Positions 23,773 through 34,439 of a stretch of 64,000 nt of DNA are shown in pieces (position 1 is the stretch's first letter; the number at the start of each line of letters is the position of its first letter). The position numbers and the translations under genes are program-made. Below the pieces are notes generated by a model. The model made no database searches. It was not told the origin of the DNA and saw only the letters and a list, made by a program, of their open reading frames with translations. The stretch is from Macrostomum lignano (taxonomy: Eukaryota). The DNA lies in assembly GCA_002269645.1 (NCBI GenBank), contig NIVC01000557.1, positions 124,001-188,000 on the forward strand, read 5' to 3'.

Positions 23773-26700
23773 ATGCGTTCATTGACCTGCTGCACACTGG
23801 ATCAGCTGGGGCAACAGCAGCCCCAACAACTGCGGCAGCAATGCAAAGTTAATGAACCTGCAGTTAAACTAAATAAAGAGCATTCCATGAGCGCAGATAA
23901 TTTCGATCCTGTTTGTCAAATGATTATTCATAATCGAGTTTTGACTATACTTACTCGACAACATTCGTCATTGTTTGATGCTGTAGGAGACACTGGCAGT
24001 AGCTTACCTATTCGAGCTCATTCTTGCCAAGTGGTTGCTAAGCGGATGTGCAAAGCTACTGGTTTGGAGCACTTTCTAACTCGACTGTATCCTGTTGGAT
24101 TGTAAGTGTCTGCTTGACAAATGAAAATGGATTAAGAAAGTATTGAAACACCCACTGAAGAATTAGAAAAGACGATTAGCATCCATTGGAAGATTAAGAG
24201 AGGGTCAGCTAAGGTATTAGCGTGTGCTAAAGGATTATCTAGAGGATTAGCGTGTGCTGAAGGATTATCTAGGGGGTTGGCGTGTGCAGAAGGATTACCT
24301 AGGGGATTGGCGTGTGCTGAAGGATTATCTAGGGGATTGGTGTGTGCTAAAGGATTATCTAGCGGATTAACGTGTGCTGAAGGATTATCTAGAGGATTAG
24401 TGGGTGCTGAAGGATTATCTAAAGGATTAGTGGGTGCTGAAGGATTATCTAGAGGATTAGTGGGTGCTGAAGGATTATCTAGAGGATTAACGGGTGCTGA
24501 AGGATTATATAGAGGATTAGCGGGTTCTAGAGGATCTAGAATCTAGAAAATCTAGAGGATTATCGTAAGGGTTTTTCATCTAGAATATTTTCTTTACTGT
24601 TGCTAAGCAAGCATCGATCGATGCTTAACTATACCGAATCTCCGCAGAGCCGAAGACAGATGGCTGACCAAAGCAGAGCTAGCAGATCTGCAACAATCGC
24701 TCAGACCAATCCAAGAAGCTGATGAAGAGCCCACTGTTATCAGTTCCTCAATATCGGGATCAGCATCCCTGATATCCTATTGCTCTTCTTCATCGTCAGC
24801 ATCCTCCACAGCTGGATCTTCTCTATCCTCAGCGTCTTCGACATCATCAGCAATCTCAGAGGCAATTTCCGCGCCAACACCACCAACTCAGAACCTCGCG
24901 GATTCAACTTTCGCCGAACCAATTTCTGTTTCTTCTGCTTCTTCTAAAAGTAAAGTTAATATTAAACCGGCATCGAAAACTGTAACTGTTGGCAGTAAAA
25001 GTGAGAATATTTTATTGCATTGTAGCTTTTTTTTAACTTATGTCAGTCAGTTGTCATTTAATAACTTGCATTCTTTATTTTCTCTATTTTGTTTTAAGAT
25101 TCCAATTCCGCAACCCAAGAACGGTGCAAGCGGCGATGCAAGCGTTTCAGACATTTTACAGGTAATTAAATCGAGTTAGTGTACTTGGCAATGATTCATC
25201 AAAGTGGGAACAATCTACTGCCACAAATAATTGAGGTAGGCGCCATTTTATTTGAGGTTGGCGCCATTCCATTTTAGGTAGGCGCCATTTCATTTGAGTT
25301 AGGCGCCATTTTATTTGAGGTAGGCGCCATTTCATTTGAGGTAGGCGCCATTTTATTTGAGGTAGGCGCCATTTCATTCGAGGTAGGCGCCATTTCATTT
25401 GAGGTTGGCGCCATTTTATTTGAGGTTGGCGCCATTTCATTCGAGGTAGGCGCCATTTTATTTGAGGTTGGCGCCATTTTATTTGAGGTTGGCGCCATTT
25501 CATTTGAGATAGGCGCCATTTCATTCGAGGTAGGCGCCATTTCATCTGAGGTAGGCGCCATTTTATTTGAGGTAGGCGCCATTTCATTCGAGGTAGGCGC
25601 CATTTCATTTGAGGTTGGCGCCATTTCATTTGAGGTTGGCGCCATTTCATTCGAGGTAGGCGCCATTTTATTTGAGGTAGGCGCCATTTCATTCGAGGTA
25701 GGCGCCATTTCATTTGAGGTTGGCGCCATTTTATTTTAGGTTGGCGCCATTTCATTCGAGGTAGGCGCCATTTTATTTGAGGTTGGCGCCATTTTTTTTT
25801 AGGTTGGCGCCATTTCATTCGAGATAGGCGCCATTTCATTCGAGGTAGGCGCCATTTCATTCGAGGTAGGCGCCATTTTATTTGAGGTAGGCGCCATTTC
25901 ATTCGAGGTAGGCGCCATTTCATTTGAGGTTGGCGCCATTTCATTTGAGGTTGGCGCCATTTCATTCGAGGTAGGCGCCATTTTATTTGAGGTTGGCGCC
26001 ATTCCATTTTAGGTAGGCGCCATTTCATTTGAGGTTGGCGCCATTTTATTTGAGGTTGGCGCCATTCCATTTTAGGTAGGCGCCATTTAAATTGAAAATT
26101 TAGTTATTGCTATGCACATATTAAAGCCCTATTTACATAATTCATTGCTTAGCTAAAGTCTAATTCTGTATTAAATAAATTTTGCCCATGTGCTGCGCAG
26201 TTCGAGCACCGGATTGTTACGATCGAGTTTGCCATCGGATTGTTCAGCACCAGATTTTGCACTCCAAGTCGGCTCAGTTGAAGCAGCAGCAGCACATGCA
26301 AAAACATCTGAGCGCCCAGACCGATTCTGCAAGTCGGACTCAGCTGTATCGGTGCACGACTGCCGTGGCAGTGGCAAAGCGCTCGCTGCCTAGCGCGGTA
26401 GCGCAGGTTCTGGTTCGGCACTATCCGCTGGGAGTGTGAGTGGCTGATGGCTTCTGGATGTATGGCTAGTAGGGAAATCGCTTGGATCCTCAGTAGCTGG
26501 GCCAGCCTCCCAGATCCTCAGTTGCTAAGCCAGCCTCCCAGATCCTCAGTTGCTGGGCCAGCCTCCCAGATCCTCAGTTGCTCGGCCAGCCTCCCAGATC
26601 CTCAGTTGCTGGGCCTGCCTCCCAGATCCTCAGTTGCTGGGCCAGCCTCCCAGATCCTTAGTTGCTGGGCCGGCCTCCCAGATCCTCAGTTGCTGGGCCA

Positions 26701-27760
26701 GCCTCCCAGATCCTCAGTTGCTTGGCCAGCCTCCCAGATCCCCAGTTGGTGGGCCAGCCTCCCAGATCCTCAATTGCTGGGCCAGCCTCCCAGAGTGTCA
26801 GTTGCTGGGCCAGCCTCCCAGATCCTCAATTGCTGGGCCAGCCTCCCAGAGTGTCAGTTGGTGGGCCAGCCTCCCAGAGTGTCAGTTGGTGGGCCAGCCT
26901 CCCAGAGTGTCAGTTGGTGGGCCAGCCTCCCAGAGTGTCAGTTGGTGGGCCAGCCTCCCAGAGTGTCAGTTGCTGGGCCAGCCTCCCAGATCCTCAATTG
27001 CTGGGCCAGCCTCCCAGAGTGTCAGTTGGTGGGCCAGCCTCCCAGATCCTCAATTGCTGGGCCAGCCTCCCAGATCCTCAATTGCTGGGCCAGCCTCCCA
27101 GATCCTCAATTGCTGGGCCAGCCTCCCAGAGTGTCAGTTGGTGGGCCAGCCTCCCAGATCCTCAGTTGCTGGGCCAGCCTCCCAGATCCTCAATTACTGG
27201 GCCAGCCTCCCAGAGTGTCAGTTGGTGGGCCAGCCTCCCAGAGTGTCAGTTGCTGGGCCAGCCTCCCAGAGTGTCAGTTGCTGGGCCAGCCTCCCAGATC
27301 CTCAGTTGTTAGGCCAGCCTCCCAGATCCTCAGTTGCTTGGCCAGCCTCCCAGATCCCCAGTTGGTGGGCCAGCCTCCCAGATCCTCAATTGCTGGGCCA
27401 GCCTCCCAGAGTGTCAGTTGCTGGGCCAGCCTCCCAGATCCTCAATTACTGGGCCAGCCTCCCAGAGTGTCAGTTGGTGGGCCAGCCTCCCAGAGTGTCA
27501 GTTGCTGGGCCAGCCTCCCAGAGTGTCAGTTGCTGGGCCAGCCTCCCAGATCCTCAGTTGTTAGGCCAGCCTCCCAGATCCTCAGTTGTTAGGCCAGCCT
27601 CCCAGATCTCCACGCATGGCCATTAACGCACTTTACACTCATGTTTGCCCCTTGCAGTCTAAAAGAGCAATGGATGTCGGAAGCCGAGTTTGCCAAACTG
27701 AAGCTTCTGGAAGCAAAGCAAGCAAATTTATTAAACAGCAAAGATTCTGCAAACCCTTGA
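23773..27760 (+). CDS. Uncharacterised ~360-aa protein with two chromo/Tudor-knot-like domains and a Ser-rich linker. Exons: 23773-24101, 24648-25000, 25099-25161, 26201-26435, 27658-27760.
   Basis: Four GT-AG introns have matching phases (2, 1, 1, 2), and the CDS of 1083 nt is 361 codons. Internal repeat: VVAKRMCKATGLEHFLTRLYPVGL|AEDRWLTKAEL vs AVAKRSLPSAVAQVLVRHYPLGV|LKEQWMSEAEF. The start codon is uncertain. Confidence 0.65.
24210..24545. repeat. 30-bp intronic minisatellite (ggattagcgtgtgctgaaggattatctaga)
   Basis: Direct reading. Confidence 0.9.
25235..26088. repeat. 21-bp intronic minisatellite (ggcgccatttcattcgaggta)
   Basis: Direct reading. Confidence 0.97.
26495..27606. repeat. 28-bp minisatellite family, array 1 (gggccagcctcccagatcctcagttgct / …gagtgtcagttggt)
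   Basis: Intronic tandem array; the same unit occurs at 28343 and 33612. Confidence 0.97.
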
Positions 27761-28342
27761 TACAACCATTGTTTTCAATCCGCGAAGTTCACCCGATAGT
27801 GCTGTAATACTCCGTATTTAGTCATTCATACTTTCAATTATTAAATACTGCTGAAGTACTTGGCATTGTTCTACTTTTGTGTGACTTTTCAAAAATATCG
27901 AAGCAAGCTTGGTTTGTTTTATTGGAGGAAAATAAACAAACTGCATGTTTTTCCGTGTTTGTAGAAAGTAATATGATTTTTCGCTCAACTGTCTAACGCC
28001 AGTTACTGACACTAGATACGATCTCAGCCTGTGTTGCACCTTTGTTCTATTTCTTATCTCTTGTGTGTGCGTGACTGTTTGTTTTAAAACTGTATCCGTC
28101 CGTTTGTTGTTGCACTTTTAATGGTCTCATATGTCAAATTAGTTCTATTCTAATTGTTTTAATGAATTGGTTAAAATTTGGTTGCATTTTTAAATTTTTG
28201 CTTCTTTAGTTTAACTGTTAGGTATATGATAGGATTACTTAAACTAGAATTCTTTTACTGGTGTGTTTAGTCCTCAATAACGTTATTATTTGTTTCTGAT
28301 TTTAATTTTGAACTAAAAACTTCAACCTATGTAACAGCAATC

Positions 28343-28724
28343 TCAGTTGCTGGGCCAGCCTCCCAGAGTGTCAGTTGCTGGGCCAGCCTCCCAGAGTGTC
28401 AGTTGCTGGGCCAGCCTCCCAGAGTGTCAGTTGCTGGGCCAGCCTCCCAGATCCTCAGTTGCTGGGCCAGCCTCCCAGATCCTCAGTTGCTGGGCCAGCC
28501 TCCCAGATTGTCAGTTGCTGGGCCAGCCTCCCAGATCCTCAGTTGCTAGGCCAGCCTCCCAGAGTGTCAGTTGGTGGGCCAGCCTCCCAGATCCTCAGTT
28601 GCTGGGCCAGCCTCCCTGATCCTCAGTTGCTGGGCCAGCCTCCCAGATTGTCAGTTGCTGGGCCAGCCTCCCAGATCCCCAGTTGCTGGGCCAGCCTCCC
28701 AGAGTGTCAGTTGGTGGGCCAGCC
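28343..28724. repeat. 28-bp minisatellite family, array 2
   Basis: Same unit and orientation as array 1. Confidence 0.95.
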
Positions 28725-29204
28725 TTCAAATTTGTCTGGGCAGAAAGGTGCGTGTAAATACTGCTTAAAAATTGCACTACTTACTACTGACAATGTTAGT
28801 ACATCGCAGACTTATAATTGTTTTGTACTTTTTTGGCCAAATCTAATTTTTTTTTGCGCTTGAGTTTTACTGCTTTCAGTTTTTTGCTTGCTTTTATCGT
28901 ATCGCAATGGCAAAGCACTTTTGTTGTCAGTGAGCCCTGAATTTGCACTGATAGTTTGCTTGACTATTATTGTCATCACTTAAAATCGTTTCCTTAATTG
29001 AACGCTATAAAGTTTATTTGTTGGCTTCTGTAATTTTTAGTGGTTTCTAATCAACATTTTAACCTGATTTGGCTAATCGCTCAGGACTTAATACTGTATT
29101 TAGCTCAATTTTTCAATTAAAAATATTCAATTTTAGCTCTAAATCATTTTTAGCAGATAGAAAGTAACGGCTGTAAGTTGTGCTTGTTTTTATTCGATAT
29201 TTCT

Positions 29205-29460
29205 GACCCCCATTCTTCCCCTCTCTTCCCCATTCTTCCCCTCTCTTCCCCATTCTTCCCCTCTTTTCCCCATTCTTCCCCCCTTCCCTATTCTTCCCCC
29301 CTCTTCCCTATTCTTCCCCATTCTCCCCCTCTTCCCTATTCTTCCCCTCTCTCCCCCTCTTCCCTATTCTTCCCCTCTCTCCCCCATTCTTCCCCATTCT
29401 TCCCTATTCTTCCCCTCTCTCCCCATTCTTCCCAATTTCCCTCTCTTCTTCCCCTCTCTT
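29205..29460. repeat. Polypyrimidine low-complexity tract (ttcttcccc…)
   Basis: Direct reading. Confidence 0.9.
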
Positions 29461-30117
29461 CTCGATTCTTCCTCATTTTTTCAAATTTTCCCAATTTCAC
29501 TCTTTAATTCCCATTCCCTTTTTGAAAAGGAGTTTCCATCTAGCATTCAACTTCCATTGCAAGTTTCTGCTAGACCTGCAACTTAACTTAATTCGCTATT
29601 CATTTCGACCCAGCTCTGAGAAATGTGTAGTCAATTAGTTTATATTCATTTATTTACAAATATTATTCTAAGCTTGTAAAATCGTTAATGCTGTACAAAT
29701 AAGCTTTTTTGACAAGAAATGTCTTGCTTCCATTTATTAGTTCATATTTATTTTTTTCAATTTTCCTAATTTCTTTTTGCATGCCAGTTGCTTTGATTGC
29801 GAGATAACCGCTTGTAAAACTGAATGTTTGTTTGTTATAATTAAATTTGTGTCAAAGTTTCTAATTTTGCTTGACTTTTTTCTATCCTTTTTTAAGCATA
29901 ACAACGAGAGCTGTCCATGATTCTGACTGTTAGCTTGCAAATATTATTAATATTTAATTAATTTAATTGATTACATAACTGTTTTCTGGGTTTGTCAATT
30001 GTTATAAATATAACATTTAGCAAACCTTGCTGTGCTAAACCGTTTCTCTTCCCTTGAAACTGATTCTTCAAATGATACTGTATTTTTGATATCTGTGTTC
30101 ATCTTTTTGAGACCAAT

Positions 30118-32330
30118 TTGTGTCTTCAGCTTGTCTCTAGATTTTGTCTTCAGCTTGTCTCTAGATTGTGTCTTCAGCTTGTCTCTAGATTGTGTCTTCA
30201 GCTTGTCTCTAGATTGTGTCTTCAGCTTGTCTCTAGATTGTGTCTTCAGCTTGTCTCTAGATTGTGTCTTCAGCTTGTCTCTAGATTGTGTCTTCAGCTT
30301 GTCTCTAGATTGTGTCTTCAGCTTGTCTCTAGATTGTGGCTTCAGCTTGTCTCTAGATTGTGTCTTCAGCTTGTCTCTAGATTGTGTCTTCAGCTTGTCT
30401 CTAGATTGTGTCTTCAGCTTGTCTCTAGATTGTGTCTTCAGCTTGTCTCTAGATTGTGTCTCCAGCTCGTCTCTAGATTGTGTCTTCAGCTTGTCTCTAG
30501 ATTGTGTCTTCAGCTTGTCTCTAGATTGTGTCTTCAGCTTGTCTCTAGATTGTGTCTTCAGCTTGTCTCTAGATTGTGTCTCCAGCTCGTCTCTAGATTG
30601 TGTCTTCAGCTTGTCTCTAGATTGTGTCTTCAGCTTGTCTCTAGATTGTGGCTTCAGCTTGTCTCTAGATTGTGTCTTCAGCTTGTCTCTAGATTGTGGC
30701 TTCAGCTTGTCTCTAGATTGTGTCTTCAGCTTGTCTCTAGATTGTGTCTTCAGCTTGTCTCTAGATTGTGTCTTCAGCTTGTCTCTAGATTGTGTCTTCA
30801 GCTTGTCTCTAGATTGTGTCTCCAGCTCGTCTCTAGATTGTGTCTTCAGCTTGTCTCTAGATTGTGTCTTCAGCTTGTCTCTAGATTGTGTCTCCAGCTC
30901 GTCTCTAGATTGTGTCTTCAGCTTGTCTCTAGATTGTGTCTTCAGCTTGTCTCTAGATTGTGTCTTCAGCTTGTCTCTAGATTGTGTCTTCAGCTTGTCT
31001 CTAGATTGTGTCTCCAGCTCGTCTCTAGATTGTGTCTTCAGCTTGTCTCTAGATTGTGTCTCCAGCTCGTCTCTAGATTGTGTCTTCAGCTTGTCTCTAG
31101 ATTGTGTCTTCAGCTTGTCTCTAGATTGTGTCTCCAGCTCGTCTCTAGATTGTGTCTTCAGCTTGTCTCTAGATTGTGTCTTCAGCTTGTCTCTAGATTG
31201 TGTCTCCAGCTCGTCTCTAGATTGTGTCTTCAGCTTGTCTCTAGATTGTGTCTTCAGCTTGTCTCTAGATTGTGTCTCCAGCTCGTCTCTAGATTGTGTC
31301 TTCAGCTTGTCTCTAGATTGTGTCTTCAGCTTGTCTCTAGATTGTGTCTTCAGCTTGTCTCTAGATTGTGTCTTCAGCTTGTCTCTAGATTGTGTCTTCA
31401 GCTTGTCTCTAGATTGTGTCTCCAGCTCGTCTCTAGATTGTGTCTTCAGCTTGTCTCTAGATTGTGTCTTCAGCTTGTCTCTAGATTGTGTCTTCAGCTT
31501 GTCTCTAGATTGTGTCTTCAGCTTGTCTCTAGATTGTGTCTTCAGCTTGTCTCTAGATTGCGTCTTCAGCCTGTCTCTAGATTGTGTCTTCAGCTTGTCT
31601 CTAGATTGCGTCTTCAGCCTGTCTCTAGATTGTGTCTTCAGCTTGTCTCTAGATTGTGTCTTCAGCTTGTCTCTAGATTGTGTCTTCAGCTTGTCTCTAG
31701 ATTGTGTCTTCAGCTTGTCTCTAGATTGTGTCTTCAGCTTGTCTCTAGATTGTGTCTTCAGCTTGTCTCTAGATTGTGGCTTCAGCTTGTCTCTAGATTG
31801 TGTCTTCAGCTTGTCTCTAGATTGTGTCTTCAGCTTGTCTCTAGATTGTGTCTTCAGCTTGTCTCTAGATTGTGTCTTCAGCTTGTCTCTAGATTGTGTC
31901 TTCAGCTTGTCTCTAGATTGTGTCTTCAGCTTGTCTCTAGATTGTGTCTTCAGCTTGTCTCTAGATTGTGTCTTCAGCTTGTCTCTAGATTGTGTCTTCA
32001 GCTTGTCTCTAGATTGCGTCTTCAGCCTGTCTCTAGATTGTGTCTTCAGCTTGTCTCTAGATTGTGTCTTCAGCTTGTCTCTAGATTGTGTCTTCAGCTT
32101 GTCTCTAGATTGTGTCTTCAGCTTGTCTCTAGATTGTGTCTTCAGCTTGTCTCTAGATTGTGTCTTCAGCTTGTCTCTAGATTGTGGCTTCAGCTTGTCT
32201 CTAGATTGTGTCTTCAGCTTGTCTCTAGATTGTGTCTTCAGCTTGTCTCTAGATTGTGTCTTCAACTTGCCTCTAGATTGTGTCTCCAAGTTGTCTTTAG
32301 ATTGTGTCTCTAGATTGTCTATAGATTTTC
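30118..32330. repeat. 24-bp minisatellite, about 90 units (tgtgtcttcagcttgtctctagat)
   Basis: Direct reading. The three long ORFs here follow from a stop-free 24-bp unit. Confidence 0.98.
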
Positions 32331-32821
32331 TCCGCAGACTGTCTTTAAATTGTCTACAATTTGTTTCAAAAAATCTTGTGCACATGCATTGTTTTAACTA
32401 TGAAGTAATAAATTGTGTCTGCAGATTGTGTCCAGATTTGATGTTCCTTGTTGCTGTGAAGGGTAGCCGTGACAGTCAGTTACTTCATGCGGCTTACTGT
32501 TGTTAAAAATGCAGCAATTTTTTTACTTCCGACAAGACAAGACCACCTTGTTGAAATCGAAATTGAAACTCCATTTTCAAATGACTAACTAATTAGCTTC
32601 CAGTCCAGATGCTATTTTTAGAGCTCCACGATTTTAGACTTGGGAAAAGAAAAAACAGACGGAAAGTACCGCGGCCATAGACATGATTTTCATCATCTTC
32701 GGTACAGTTTAGCCGCTGTGAATTAGTGAACTACAGACTGCTTATTGCTCTCTTAATGTTTTAATTTATAAAAGCAGAGCCATTCAAGAGTTGAAGCAGC
32801 AACAGCACCTACTTGAAAAAT

Positions 32822-33274
32822 ATGTCTTCTGGCCAGCAATCTCCATCCCCTGCCGTAGCCGCCGCTATCAAGCAGATTCGAATACAAACTGGCGTAGTCA
32901 AACGCCTAGTCAAAGAGGTTCGAATGTACCAAACCGAATCTGCCAGTCTGCTAGCCGAACTTGAGCAGCTGAAAATGAAGCAGGTGCCTTCTTCTACGGC
33001 TAGCGAAGAAGCCGAGCATCGACTTCGCAAACGGCAGGAGGTGCTGCGCGAATCCCAGATGATGGTGCCGGATACGGAGAGACGTTTAAGCACCGCCAAA
33101 GAACGCTTAGACTCCCTGCTTCAGCAGCACAAAGGTCTGTGCGACTCCGACCCGGTGTATCTGGAGGCTGTCGAAGAGTTGAAGAAATTGTCTGTTAATG
33201 ATGAGGCAGCCTCTGCCGATGCTAGCGCTGGTAAAGCTGCCGAGCTGCCGCAGAAAGAAGCTGGAGACTGTTGA
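32822..33274 (+). CDS. TBCA: Tubulin-specific chaperone A (tubulin folding cofactor A), single exon, 150 aa
   Basis: IKQIRIQTGVVKRLVKE and EVLRESQMMVPDTERRL match TBCA (QIKIKTGVVKRLVKE; EILQESRMMIPDCQRRL). ATG at 32822. Confidence 0.93.
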   Translation: MSSGQQSPSPAVAAAIKQIRIQTGVVKRLVKEVRMYQTESASLLAELEQLKMKQVPSSTASEEAEHRLRKRQEVLRESQMMVPDTERRLSTAKERLDSLLQQHKGLCDSDPVYLEAVEELKKLSVNDEAASADASAGKAAELPQKEAGDC

Positions 33275-33611
33275 TTGATCGCTGATTGATATTAATTGCT
33301 TACTATTATTAGTAGTAAAAATTTCACATAGAGATGAATTACTGTACTCTGATGCAGATTCAATCTGAGCTAACTAGCTTAGAATCAGTTTTATTTATAG
33401 CCCAAAATACTTATTCTTGATCTGCCTCTTAGGAACTATATTATACCCGATAAATGCCCTGAAGACTGTATGAATCCTTTATAGCCTTAGTGCGACGCTG
33501 TGATTAAACGAGAATATAAATAAAAAAGCTGGTGTTTATTGATTTTAATTCTTTGATTCTCGAAGAAGTCAATCAACGGTTGCAAGTACACTAATACCTA
33601 TGGCGAATGTG

Positions 33612-34072
33612 CCAGCCTCCCAGACCCTCAGTTGCTGGGCCAGCCTCCCAGACCCTCAGTTGCTGGGACCAGCAACCCAGATCCTCAGATGCTTGGCCAG
33701 CCTCCCAGATCCTCAGTTGCTGGGCCAGCTTACCAGATCTCCAGTTGCCTGGCCAGCCTCCCAGATCCTCAGTTGCTGGGCCAGCCTCCCAGATCCTCAG
33801 TTGCTGGGCCAGCCTCCCAGACCCTCAGTTGCTGGGACCAGCAACCCAGATGCTTGGCCAGCCTCCCAGATCCTCAGTTGCTGGGCCAGCTTACCAGATC
33901 TCCAGTTGCCTGGCCAGCCTCCCAGATCCTCAGTTGCTGGGCCAGCCTCCCAGATCCTCAGTTGCTGGGCCAGCCTCCCAGATCCTCAGTTGCTAAGCCA
34001 GCCTCCCAGATCCTCAGTTGCTGGGCCAGCCTCCCAGATCCTCAGTTTCTGGGCCAGCCCCAGATCCCAGAT
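33612..34072. repeat. 28-bp minisatellite family, array 3 (more degenerate)
   Basis: Same unit and orientation; lies between the convergent TBCA and PKD2 3' ends. Confidence 0.93.
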
Positions 34073-34439
34073 TTGAAAAATTAAGTAAGCCATCATCGGA
34101 AAGCACTTTTCAGAATGCTGGCTAATAGGTCTGATAAAATATTATTCCGTTGGATATTGTGTAAGAATATTCTTTATATAGAAAAAGATGGGCAGAAAAA
34201 ATCGGGTAAAATTATTATTATCAGATAGGCTTTCATCTTGCACAGAGAAAAATATAGTTGTTGAATAACATAAAATATCCATGGCACAGGGGTCCCATGA
34301 GCCTACAGTCGGATTAATATAGTTGAGAAGTTTTTGTACTATTATTCGAGAGCTAAATATGATTATAAATGTTAAAATTGCTCCATGCATAGCCTAGCAA
34401 GATTTGGCGATGTCATCTCGAAGAGCTCTTTATTCTCTC

